Notes: generated by a model from the sequence alone, not told the origin. Numbered from the stretch's first letter, positions 1-10,790 are shown. The stretch: DNA of 64,000 nt from Chiloscyllium plagiosum (GCF_004010195.1 NC_057749.1:8783969-8847968), one strand, 5' to 3'. Made by a program: numbers and translations.

Positions 1-110
1 GGCTCTCTGCCTTTATTCCTGATGAAGGGCTTTTGCCCGAAACGTCGATTTTGCCTGTCCTCGGATGCTGCCTGAATTGCTGTGCTCTTCCAGCACCACT
101 GATCCAGAAA
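1..110 (+). mobile_element. Penelope-like element terminal (pLTR) fragment, family A
   Basis: CTGATGAAGGGCTTTTGCCCGAAACGTCGA followed by ggatgctgcctg...ccagcaccac; the same module recurs several times in the window. Confidence 0.75.
19..46 (+). ncRNA. Minimal hammerhead ribozyme motif (intact core)
   Basis: CUGAUGA-A-GGGC-UUUU-GCCC-GAAAC-GUC: both core boxes, 4-bp stem II, GUC cleavage triplet. Confidence 0.75.
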
Positions 111-591
111 CTAAAATTCTGTGTCTAATTCCACTTTTTTTTTTACCTGAATTGGACCTGGAAATTTCCATGCAATAGTTAAATGTAAAATAATCCACCA
201 GACACTCCTACAGTTCCACGGTCTCTAAGGCAATGTGCTACTCCTGACAGATGGGATATTTTCAATTGGGATTCAATCAGACCTCCCATTGAATACCTCC
301 CCTCCAACATCAAGTTTGGTTTATCTGCTGTTGGCTCTTGAGCTGGGAGTTTAGCCCCGACTGTAGTCTATGCCTGTCACCATCACTGGCCATTGCAAGT
401 TCCTGTACTGTAGCATCGATGCAGCTGAGATTTTAATCCGTGTACCTTGCTGCCGGCTACAAACACCTTTGGAATGCACATTGCCTTGCTGAAACCTCTG
501 ATTCCCTTCCACCTTTGAGCTATGTATTGAAGCCCACTTTGGAGTCAAAACATTATGGCGGGCAATGGAATTACTGGTTGTCCCACTACAA

Positions 592-968
592 TGGGCGGCA
601 CGGTGGTACAGTGGTTAGCACTGCTGCCTCAGTGCCAGAGACCCGGGTTCAATTCCTGCCTCAGGCAACTGTCTGCGTGGAATTTGCACATTCTCCCGGA
701 GTCTGCGTGGGTTTCCTCCGGGTGCTCCAGTTTCCTCCCACAGTCCAAAAATATGCAGGTCAGGTGAATTGGCCATCCTAAATTGCCCGTAGTGTTAGGT
801 GAAGGGGAAATATAAGGGAATGGGTCTGGGTGGGTTACTCTTCGGAGGTGAAAATGTGTTGCTGGGACAGCGCAGCAGGTCAGGCAGCATCCAGGGAACA
901 GGAGAATCGACGTTTCAGGCATAAGCCCTTCTTCAGGAGGCCTGTTTCCACACTATAAGTAATCTAAT
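592..968 (+). mobile_element. HE1 V-SINE, interrupted by a PLE fragment
   Basis: tRNA-like head GGGCGGCACGGTGG..GTGGTTAGCAC..GGGTTCAATTCC, V-domain, tail ggcctgtttccacact..taatctaat. Confidence 0.9.
849..938 (-). mobile_element. PLE family A fragment with intact hammerhead core (909-936)
   Basis: Reverse complement reads CUGAAGA-A-GGGC-UUAU-GCCU-GAAAC-GUC; it replaces ~25 nt of the HE1 body. Confidence 0.75.
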
Positions 969-2189
969 GTGCGTTTCGTTAACACAAATGTGCTACAATT
1001 AATGAATTGGGGACACTGATCCTAAAGCACAGAGTTTAAGTGTGTATTGATTATAATGCAATTCCAGCCCCATTATTTCAATGGCGTTGCTATTACACGA
1101 TTTTCTTATAACATGGGATTGCATGAGAATTACACATTATAGCAGAACTGACTGTTCTGTCGCACTCACTAAGGCGAAACAGCATAAATTTGACATCGCG
1201 ACCATGTTATTTAATTGTCTGCAAATGTTTGATTTGTTACTTTTCTGTCTTAGTGCAAGATTTTATTATTCCCAAATCTAAGCCCCGTTACGATGGAATG
1301 AATATCTTTGGTGCAGCGGACCAGGCTGCCTCCCTGTCCAGTGTAGAGCAGTCCTTTAGAGACCAACTCATTGTGGTCTGTGTTCAGCACTTTGTAAGTG
1401 ATGGTGGAAAGGAGTGAGCTATGAACAGAGCTGATGCAGACGGAGGATGTTCCGACACTGTCTGTCATGTCTCGTTGCCCTCAGCTACAGGTTCTGTAAT
1501 CTGGGTCATTTTCTTTGGCCGGAGGTGGAATTTGGATGGATAGTGGGCTTTGGTAGGTTTGGGTTAACTCCACTGTCCGGTCTTGGGCTGAGAGAATGAC
1601 CAACATTACCATTTCGGATTCAACTGCATCTATGAACAGAAACCAAGACCACTTTCTTCGTGGGTAAAGTTTATGAACTACTCGGCTGTCGCACACAACC
1701 GAACAACCTTCCCACCACCAAATTACTGTTGTTTTTAAAGGATTTTTGGCTTATTTCCACCCAGAAATGTGGTTGCACACAACTAAGCAACCTTTCTACC
1801 ACCAAGATCCCTGTGACCGTTTTCACCTATTAACCACCATCCAACAGTCGCCCATGTAGCGTTTAAATATTTACCTACTCCGTCTTAATTATTTTTGTAA
1901 GTTTCTTGCAGCGTAAACCTGCCATTAGCCCACAAGGTTAATGTCTCTGATTCAATCACCTTTAATGTTTTCAACTTAATAATAAATCTATTATGATTCA
2001 AATTTATCATACAATACTAATGCCAGAAAAGGTTGCATTTATCATTGTGGGGTGGGGGGGGAGGTGAGGAAATGAGGTAAGAGGAGCAAAATAAAAATGA
2101 GCAGAAAATACTATGAGTTACAATTCAGGAGAGTGCATGAACTAAGTTCCTCTGCTGTTCAATTGTGGCACTTGCTGTCGAGGGCTTCT

Positions 2190-2283
2190 GAGTCAACCCT
2201 TTCAGGGATGTTATTACACACCTCTAGAACAGGTCCTCCTGACCCAGAGGTAAAAACTATACTGTGATGCCCTAAGAGCCCTT
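2190..2283 (-). mobile_element. Short tRNA-headed SINE-like repeat (related copies ~14436-14555, ~19830-19925, ~32670-32730)
   Basis: Shared motif cagaggtag..actaccactg..acaagagc; A/B-box-like elements on the minus strand. Confidence 0.45.
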
Positions 2284-2303
2284 TACCCAGTTAATGAATT
2301 CAT

Positions 2304-2895
2304 CTATTGAGTATAGGAGGTGGGATGTCACGTTGAGGACATTGGTTAGGCCACTTTTGGAATGTAGTATGCTATTCTGGTCGCCCTGCTATAGGAAGGA
2401 TGTTATGTAACTTGAAAAGGTTCAGAAAAGGTTATACAAGGATGTTACCAGGTTTGGAGGGTGTGAACGAGAGGGAGAGGCTGCATAAGCTGGGAGTATC
2501 TTCCCTGGAGTGTCAGAGATGGGAGGGTGACCTTTATAGAGGTTTATAAAATCATGAGGGACATGGATAGGGTAAATAGGCAAGGTCTTTTTCACAGGGT
2601 AGGGGAGTCCAAAACTAGAGGGCATAGGTTTAAAGTGGGAGGGGAAAGATTTAAAAGAGACCCTAAGGGGCAACATTTTCACACACAGGGTAGTGCATGT
2701 ATGGAATGAGCTGCTGGGGGAAGTGGTGGAAGCTGGTACAAATACAGCATTTAAAAGGCATTTGGATGGGTACATGAATAGGAAGGGTTTAGAGGGATAT
2801 GGGCCAGGTGCTGGCAAATGGGACTACATTAATTTAGGATATCTGGTCAGCATGGACGAGTTGGACTGAAGGGTCTGTTTCCATGCTGTATGACT
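2304..2895 (+). mobile_element. HER1/CR1 LINE 3' fragment
   Basis: Decayed ORF2 C-terminus (IEVYKIMR..DRVN..TRGH.FKV.GERFK) plus 3' UTR ending ctgtatgact. Confidence 0.9.
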
Positions 2896-3248
2896 GTCTA
2901 AGTCGATAACTCACCATTTTTAAAAAAAAGCAGGGTGATGCTGAAAGTTCTGTACCCCATTGAGAGCTGGCATCTTGACAATCCATTGGCTGTGGAGAAG
3001 GGAGCAGGCGGATTGCTCTCATGCACATGTCGATGCCCCCTGCTGCTGGCTCAGAGGACCCACCTGTCCAACAGTAACTCTGCCCTCAACCTACCAGACT
3101 GCATCCAACCTTCAGTTGCATTTCCTAGTCCACTTGGCACTTCCTTGCTTTGTGTTTGCTATTGACTGATCAGGACAATAGCATAATAAAATATAGGCAC
3201 ATTGCACTTAAGAGCAGGATATGGCCATTTGGCCCTTCGGTCTGTCCT

Positions 3249-3870
3249 ATCAGTGGACGGGGTATTGAGTATAAGAGCTGGCAAGTCATGTTAACATTGT
3301 ATAAGACATTGGTTCGGCTGCATTTAGAATACTGTGTACAGTTCTGGTCGCCACATTACTAAAAGGATGTGGACACTTTGGAGAGGGTACAGAGAAGGTT
3401 TACGAGGATGTTGCCTTGTACGGAAGGTGCTAGCTATGAAGAAAGGTTGAGTAGGTTAGGTTTATTTTCACTAGAAAAAAGGAGATTGAGGGGGACCTGA
3501 CTGAGATTTACAGAATCATGAAGGGTATAGAGAGGGTGGATAAAGACAAGCTTTTTCCCAGGGTGAAGGATTCAATAACCAGAGGTCATGCTTTCAAGGT
3601 GAGAGGTGGAAAGTTTAAGGGGGATACACACGGCAAGTACTTCACACATAGGGTGGTGGACATCTGGAACGCGTTGCCAGCAGAGGTGGTAGAGGCAGGC
3701 ATGGTAGATTCATTTAAGATGCGTCTGGACAGATATATGAGTAGGTGGAGAGCAGAGGGATACAAATGCTTAGGAATTGACTGTCAGGTTTAGACCGTAC
3801 ATTTGGATAGGCTCAGGCTTGGAGGGCCGAAGGGCCTGTTCCTGGGCTGTAGATTTTCTTCCCTGTTCTT
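3249..3870 (+). mobile_element. CR1 LINE 3' fragment
   Basis: RGIEYKSWQVMLTLYKTLVRLHLEYCVQFWSPHY; TRGHAFKV..WNALP.EVVEAG. Confidence 0.9.
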
Positions 3871-3954
3871 AGTTCTTATAATTGCTGATCTCACTCTGGT
3901 CTTAACTCTGCCTTCCTGTCCGCCCTGCAAATAATCATTGAGTCAGAATCGAAT

Positions 3955-4310
3955 CAGTTGTAATGTTACTGGATCAGTAATCCAGAGGCCAGGACAAGTG
4001 TTCCAGAGTCATGAGTTCAAATCCCACCTTGGCAACTGGGTGAATCCAGTTAATGAATAACTATTAGATCATGAAACTATCATCAGTTGTCATTTAAATT
4101 TTAAAAAAAATATGCTTCACTAATGCCCTTTAGGGAATGAAATCTGCCTCCCTTACCTGGTCTGGCCTTCATGTGACTCCAGACCCTTGGCAATGGGGTT
4201 GACTCTTAACTGCCCTCTGAAGATGGCTGAGCAAGCCACTCGATTTAAGGGCAATTAGGGACAGACCATGAATGCTGGCCTGGCCATTAATCCGTGGGTC
4301 TCAAAAAGAA
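3955..4310 (+). mobile_element. tRNA-derived SINE family 2 (SINE2-1_CM-like)
   Basis: taatccagag..gagttcaaatcccacc head; ccttacctggtctggcct.catgtgactccagaccc body. Confidence 0.75.
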
Positions 4311-4409
4311 GAGAAAGAGAACTTGCACATTAGCCACTGTGCACTACCCGTTATAGAGTCAGCCAACTCCACTGCGCGCACACCACCAGTCAGTGACTAT
4401 AAAGAAAGA

Positions 4410-4680
4410 CATGCATTTATCTATCCCCTTTGGTAGCTAGTGAATACCTCAAAGTGCTTGGTGGATAATGGTGTAGTCTGAGGGATAAATGTTATCTGGA
4501 AAGAATGCCCTTGTTCTTCTTTGAAGGAAGCACCATGGGATTTGATACATCCACCTGGTTGATAGTTAGGGCCTCGGTCTCCTATCTCGTTTGAGAGCAT
4601 TACATGAGAGCTCCAGCCCTGATTGTTGCACTCCCCTCCTGGAGTGGGACTTAAACCCAGAACCTTGTGTGGGTGTGAAA
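4410..4680 (-). mobile_element. Deu-domain SINE (SacSINE1/AmnSINE-like) remnant
   Basis: tgcatttat tail, ccatgggat..acatccacctg, ggagtgggacttaaacccagaacc B-box on the minus strand. Confidence 0.55.
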
Positions 4681-5110
4681 CGAGAGTCGGTACACACCGA
4701 TCCACATGCAAAGCACACACAAGGACAAAGGCAGCAGCGATTTCCCTGGTGTTTCAATCCCTGTCAGCTACCAGCTGATGCCTCCTCCGACCGGAACATT
4801 CCTCCAGAGGTTATTGAGGCAAATTAGCTGCACAGAAGTTTATAATCTGCTGATTTTATGGAATTCAGGCCAGTAGAGTTGGTTGGTCATGTTGTTGCAA
4901 TGTTTCATTGCCGGAGAGGGTGTGTCTGGTCAGAGAATGTGCTGATAGAAAGTTTCAGTCGAGCAAATTGCCTTCTTCCGGGCCGGCCATGACTTCTGTG
5001 GGGGATGGGCCGATTTAATGCAGAGATTAGCAGTTGCCTTCAAATTCCCAAGGGGGTATTGGGTCCAATAACGAGGAACTGAGTACAGAGATGACACACC
5101 CAGTGCCATA

Positions 5111-5280
5111 CTGAGGGAGTGCCGCACTGTCGAAGGGTCAGTGCTGAGGGAGCGCCGCACTGTCGGAGGGTCAGTGCTGAGGGAGTGCGGCACTGTCGGA
5201 GGGTCAGTGTTGAGGGAGTGCCGCACTGTCGGAGGGTCAGTGCTGAGGGAGTGCCGCACTGTCGGAGGGTCAGTGCTGAG
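5111..5280 (+). repeat. 33-bp minisatellite, 5 units plus 5 nt
   Basis: (CTGAGGGAGTGCCGCACTGTCGGAGGGTCAGTG)x5 with few substitutions. Confidence 0.95.
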
Positions 5281-5309
5281 AGATGTACTATACATCCAGA
5301 GAAGTGATA

Positions 5310-5535
5310 AAGGAAAATGCAGCAGTGAATTTTCAGCGTGCAAGATCCCTCGATTGGCGATGTGATATTGACTAGATCATCTGCTTTGGTGAGGCTGATT
5401 TAAGGATTAATATTGGTCCGGTCCATGGGGATAACTCCTTGCTGCTCTTCTTTGAAACCTTCCTCTTCCTGAGGGGACAGATGGAGCCTCCACTGGTAGT
5501 CATATCTGCAAGATGGCACCCTGACAACGTAGGAA
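5310..5535 (-). mobile_element. Deu-domain SINE remnant
   Basis: gcaagatccc, aatattgg..ggggataactcc.tgctcttc, aagatggcacc.ctgaca motifs. Confidence 0.55.
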
Positions 5536-5540
5536 TGAGA

Positions 5541-5857
5541 GGACGGTATGGTGGCACAGTGGTGAGCACTGCTGCCTCACAGCACCAGAGATCTGGGTTC
5601 AATTCCCGCCTCAGGCGACTGACTGTGTGGAGTTTGCACATTCTCCCCGTGTCTGCGTGGGTTTCCTCCGGGTGCTCCGGTTTCCTCCCACAGTCCAAAG
5701 ATGTGCAGGTCAGGTGAATTGGCCATGCTAAATTGTCCGTAGTGTTAGGGAAGGGGTTAATGTAGGGGTCTGGGTGGGCTGCGCTTCGGCGGGTCGGTGT
5801 GGACTTGTTGGGCCGAAGGGCCTGTTTCCACACTGTAAAGTAAAGTAAAAAAAAAAG
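5541..5857 (+). mobile_element. HE1 V-SINE, full length
   Basis: Head, V-domain, tail cactgtaaagtaaagt-A(n). Confidence 0.92.
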
Positions 5858-6164
5858 CTGCCCACCATTCAGTTGGATCATGGCTGGTTTATTGGTCAAA
5901 TTTCACATTCCCACCTAACCCCCACTTCTGTACAGTCCCTGATTCCCCTGTCCAACAAAGGTCTATCCTCCACCACCTTGAAAAAATCTATTTAATGATC
6001 CTGCCTTCACTATCTCCTGGAGCTGAGAGGGGTCATTCCCCTCATCTCTGCTGTAAGAAGGCAACCCTTCATGGTAAGCCAGTGTCCACTAATGCTGGAT
6101 TTTCCCACAAGGGGAAACACACTTTCCATGTCCACCTGGAGTCGGGGGGGGGGAATGGGTACAA

Positions 6165-6442
6165 GGCCCACTGGTATTATCAATAGTCTAATAATCCAGA
6201 AACCCAGATAACATTCCAGCCATAGTTCAAAAACCATTCTTGATTGTCAGGAAAACCCCATCTGGTTCACTAATGCCTTTTCGGGAAGGATTCTGCCATC
6301 CTTACCCAGTCTGGCCTACATGTCACTCTAGACCCACAGCAACGTGGTTGACTCTTAACTGCCCTCTGGGCAATTAGGGATGGGTAATAAATGCTGGCCC
6401 GGCCAGTGGCACCCACATCCTGTGAATGAGTGAATAAAAAAT
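6165..6442 (+). mobile_element. SINE family 2
   Basis: catctggttcactaatgcc..aataaatgctggcc..gaatgagtgaat tail. Confidence 0.8.
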
Positions 6443-6559
6443 AACCATTCAGGATCTTACACACTTCAATCAAGTTCCTCTCACTCTTCCATGACGAGAA
6501 GGTCAACCTGTCCAGGTTTAATACCTGTTGGTACTAGTTTCTGTTGGTTTCTGTCTTGA

Positions 6560-7040
6560 ACATTACATGCCATAATGACTTGTTTTTGTCCATTCTGCCC
6601 ATTGGGTCTTCTCTGCAAAGATCTGATCATCCTCAACTCCGCTTTCCTGCCTTTACCCTACAACACTTGATTTCCTTCCTGATTAAAAACCAGCCTTGGA
6701 CGTACTGAGCAATCCACCCTCTCCGGCTCTCTGTAGTAAAGGATTCCGCAGATTCACTATCCACTGAAAGGGAAAAAAAAAATTTCCTATCTTTGTTTTA
6801 AATGGGTGATCCCTTCTTCTGAGATTTTGCCCCTGTGCCCTAGATTCTCCCATGAGGGGACATTACCTCTCTATATCTGCCCTGTCAAGTTGTCGAAGAT
6901 GGTTGCAGGTCTCAGTAAGGTTGCCTGTCATGCTTCTAAACTCCAATGAGTACATGCTCAATCTACATAACCTCGCTTCATAAGGCAATCCCTCAAAGTT
7001 TGGAATCAACCTAGTGAACCTGTTCTGCACTGCTTCCAAA
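6560..7040 (-). mobile_element. Old CR1 LINE 3' fragment
   Basis: LEAVQNRFTRLIP..GLPYE.RL.RL.MYSLEFR in the minus-strand ORF. Confidence 0.85.
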
Positions 7041-7184
7041 GTCAGTGTGCTGTGCCTGAGTGTTGCCCTGTATGTTGGCTCATGTAGCAAGCATCACAAA
7101 GCCTGGGGTCTTGTTGAGTCAGATGTCTTGCAGTTTATGACAACACCAGTGACTTCTATCACTGCAATATCATAGACGTACACA

Positions 7185-7280
7185 GGAGTCAAAAAGTGTG
7201 GTGCTGGAAAAACACAGCCGGTCAGGCAGTATCCGAGGAGCAGGAGCCTCGACGTTTCGAGCATAAGCTCTTCATCAGAT
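7185..7280 (-). mobile_element. PLE family A fragment with intact hammerhead core (7251-7278)
   Basis: Reverse complement CUGAUGA-A-GAGC-UUAU-GCUC-GAAAC-GUC. Confidence 0.78.
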
Positions 7281-7289
7281 GCTGAATGA

Positions 7290-7405
7290 CATTCCTGATG
7301 AAGGGCTTATGTTTGAAACGTCGACTCTCCTGCTCCTCAGACGCTGCCTGACCGGCTGTGCTTTTCCAGCACCACACACTTTGATCTCCAGCATCCTCAG
7401 TCCTC
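7290..7405 (+). mobile_element. PLE family A fragment with hammerhead core (7295-7322), inverted relative to the previous fragment
   Basis: CUGAUGA-A-GGGC-UUAU-GUUU-GAAAC-GUC; stem II weakened to G-U pairs. Confidence 0.75.
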
Positions 7406-8057
7406 GCATTCTTCTAGGTGTCACGGTTCCGTGCTTGCTGATGCTACTGTATGTTACATACACATAAATGACTGAACACTACACTGAGAGTGCCTGAAGG
7501 CAGAGTGGGTACCTTTTATACCAGCATATAACACATTCTGCATCCTAAAGGAGTGCTGCTTGTCTGGTATGAAATCTATGGAACACCACAACAGAGCATG
7601 TTCAATAATAAAGCCTCTGCAGCCCTTTGGGAGAGATAATTCCAAAGATTTGCTGACTGAAGAAATTCCTCCTCATCTCCGTGCTAAGTGTCCTGCCCCT
7701 TTACTCTGAGATGATACCCATGCCATCCAGGGAAGACATTTTGTCTATCGTTGACCAGTGTTCCCTCTACTTGCGAAGGTCTATGCGGGATGACTCAATG
7801 CTGCAACCTGGTGGCTGTGTGTGGAATGTCAGAGCGACTTACACATCCCGCTGAGAGGGGCATTTGCTGCTGAGGGTGTGGCAATCTCTCAGTCCACTAC
7901 TGGGTTGGCAGTCTTTGCTTCTGTGCGCAAGCCCAAGACTGGGATTTGAACCCAGAACCTTGCGGCTTAAGAGGCAGAAGAGTGCTATCCACTGAACTCC
8001 AGCTGGCATGTCTGTGTGGGATGCAGACCCTGAGATTCAGTCTCATGTACTCATGAG

Positions 8058-8395
8058 GAAGGTGATGGCCGAGTGGTGTTATCGCTTAAATTTTAATCCA
8101 GAGACTCGGATGATGTTCTGTGGACCTGGGTTCGAATCTCAGATGGTGGAATTTGAATTTGATAGAAAAGAAATCTGAAATTAAGTGTTTAATTATGACC
8201 AGGAACCCATTGTTGATTGGCCATCTGGCTCAGTTTAGGAAAGGAAACTGCCAACCTTACCTAGTGTGGCCTCCATGTGACTCCAGACCCACAGCGACCT
8301 GCTTGACTCTTAGACTGCACTCTGGCAAATTAGCGATGGGTGATAAATGCTGCCCAGCCAGCGACGCCCACAGCTCATGAATTAATCAAAATAAA
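8058..8395 (+). mobile_element. SINE family 2, near full length
   Basis: tggccgagtggt A-box, gggttcgaatc B-box, characteristic body and tail. Confidence 0.82.
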
Positions 8396-9077
8396 GTATT
8401 GACAGGGCCAGGTCTCTGAGGAGAGGAATGAACAGAGGAACCTGTTAGATATCTCTTTGGTTGGTTTTGGTCAAGAGTAGGAGCCAGGCCTCCTGAGCCA
8501 CCTGTGGTTTTGCCAGAGGACCAGGAGGTAGCACTCCCTCCTCTTGGGCCTAGTCCATTATTCAATTAGGTCATGCCTGGTGTATACCTTAACTTCCATT
8601 TGTTAGTGTCATGGGATCTGTGAGCCCAGGGCCCTGACAGAGTCCCTCCCCCGTTCATTATCCCTTAGCAGTCCCTCAATACCGCACTAGTCTGCCAGGT
8701 CAAACTTAGGGCTAGGCCTGAAACGAACTGCTTTGGAAGCCATTTTACTGGTGCCATCAAATAAGACCTTGATAAACAACGAGGACACTTTTAGACTACG
8801 GCAGCAAATGAAGGAGAGAGTCTCATTACAAATTGTTAGTAAGGCACAACAGTAGGAAGTGACTTTATGGGACCTTGTGCTTTCATATAGGACCTCTGCT
8901 CTCTGGTTACAGCTCTCTTGGGGGGATGGGGAGTGATGTGTTGGGTTTGGGGCAGGGGGAAGGGGGTGGTGGTACAGGAATAACTCGTTCCCATTCTCCA
9001 CCCATACCCCCACTCACATACAGAAGGAATACCACCCATGGAAGCTCAGAATCTTCGAGATGCTTGACATTTTATTG

Positions 9078-9100
9078 GTCTCTCTCTCTCTCTCTCTCTC
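9078..9100. repeat. (TC)n microsatellite
   Basis: tctctctc run. Confidence 0.9.
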
Positions 9101-9967
9101 GCACACAAACACACGGCCTTTAATTAGCGTTCGGAGTCTGGTAAACAGCTATTAAAGCTGTAAAAACATTATTTCCTAATGACCAGAAGGGCCATATGTG
9201 CATTTCTTTCCAACAATTTTTAAAAAAAATTTTAAGCATTGCAGCTTCTAATTTGCTCAACGTTCACTAATTATGGAGCTGAATTTTTCTGTGTGTGTGG
9301 GTGGAACAAGAAAGAATTTCCCTGCTCCTGATGGTTTTGTGCTATTTTGTAGCTAAATTATTCATGGTTTCTGAAGTAGCCCTAGGTGCCAGAGGCCTAG
9401 TCTTTATAATTGGACCACAGCTGGGCCCACGAGGGGAAGAAGATAAAATAGAATCCGCCAAAGCTTGTTAGATAAAAATCTAGTGTAAAGTTGATTGCCC
9501 GGAATTACAGAGAGGAATTTGATTAAAGTGTACATCCTGTTAATTCCGCCTCCTCCCCATATTTGGTAATAAACAGAATTCAGCTATCCTGAGGTATGGG
9601 GGAGGGATGTGTCCCCATCAATAATAAACTACTGTATAACTGAAGCTCGCAGTTGAAGTAGAGTCGTGGGGGTTGGGGGAGTTGGGTGTTGCTGTGTTTG
9701 TTGTCATAGTTACCACGAAAGGAGCTGCTTTAACGGTTTCACGTTTATTACAATAGTCGAGATTAATTCCTCCTTTCAATTGATTAGAGACACGTACAGA
9801 AATGCGACCCTTCTATAGACATCTAGCGAGTCAAAGTGAAGCGTAAACCCCTCTCTTTTTTTCCACTGTGTTGCTGTGGAGGGGTTCATTGACCGTATTT
9901 CTCCCTGAAGCTAGTACCTAGCACACAGCACTCTTGCCTCAAAGTCGGAGGTTGTAGGTTTGTGTTA

Positions 9968-10270
9968 GGGGTGGCACGGTGGCTCAGTGGTTAGCACTGC
10001 TGCCTCGCAATGCCAAGACCCTGGGTTTGATTCCAGCCTTGGGCGACTGTGTGCAGTTTGCACATTCTCTGCGTGCGTCTGCTCCAGGTGCTCTGGTTTC
10101 CTCCAACAGTCCAAAGGTGTGTAGGTTATGGTGGATTGGCTGTGGGAAATTACCCAGAGTGTCCAGGGATGTGTAGGCTGGGTGGGTTAGCCGTGGGAAA
10201 TGTGGGGATGGGATGCTCTTTGGCGGATCAGTGCAGACTCAGTTGGCCAAATAGCCTCTATTGTATGATC
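9968..10270 (+). mobile_element. HE1 V-SINE, diverged
   Basis: gggtggcacggtggctcagtggttagcactgctgcctc head and V-domain. Confidence 0.88.
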
Positions 10271-10329
10271 CCCACTGCAGAGATGTTAACACAAAACCTT
10301 GTTTGCTACTATCTGGGGTGCTGTCTGAC

Positions 10330-10578
10330 ATGATGTTGAGGCTGCCTTTGCCTCTCCTAGTTGGATATACAAAATCCCACTATGTGGTTGAAGAGCAGGT
10401 TAACTATTGGCCAGTATGCCTTATCAGCTGATTATCAATGACCTTGCTGTTTGATCTTCCTGAGCGCAAATAGAGCAGTGATTCAGAATTTACACTTCGG
10501 AGTACTTCACTGTCTGTGGGGCACTTAAGAATGCTCCATGGTCATGAGGGGGTGATACAGAGGCAGGTTTTCTTTCTT
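10330..10578 (+). mobile_element. Deu-domain SINE 3' remnant
   Basis: aaaatcccac..gaagagcagg; ttgctgtttg..gatctt..gcaaat; tail. Confidence 0.45.
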
Positions 10579-10617
10579 TAGCCGAGTGTAATACCGAATG
10601 AGTGAATGTGGGATGTA

Positions 10618-10790
10618 GGGCAGAAGATATAAAAGTTTTGTATACGCATGCTAACAGATTCGAGAACAGCTTCTTCCACTGCTGTTATCAGACTTTTGAA
10701 TGGATCTCTTTAAAGTTAGTGATGATCTCTGTCTCTCTGTATCTTCCCAGCAACTGTAACACTGTGCCCTGCACTCCTGTTGGCCTGTCT
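10618..10790 (+). mobile_element. Rex1/Babar LINE 3' fragment
   Basis: Frameshifted GRRYKS..THANRFENSFF..AVIRLLNG motif. Confidence 0.7.

Larger units (their letters stand above)
572..1155. mobile_element. Degenerate Tc1/mariner(Tigger)-like MITE split by an HE1 insertion
   Basis: Right end TATAGCAGAACTGACTG (1138-1154); weak inverted match tactggttgtcccactacaat at 572-591; body resumes after HE1 at ~969. Confidence 0.35.

Noticed and set aside
592..660. tRNA gene
   Set aside because: The A/B boxes belong to the HE1 SINE head, followed by the V-domain; no complete cloverleaf.
4930..5365. ORFs with 11-aa repeats; also considered as a CRISPR-like array
   Set aside because: Translation of a 33-bp head-to-tail minisatellite with no spacers, in a vertebrate context.
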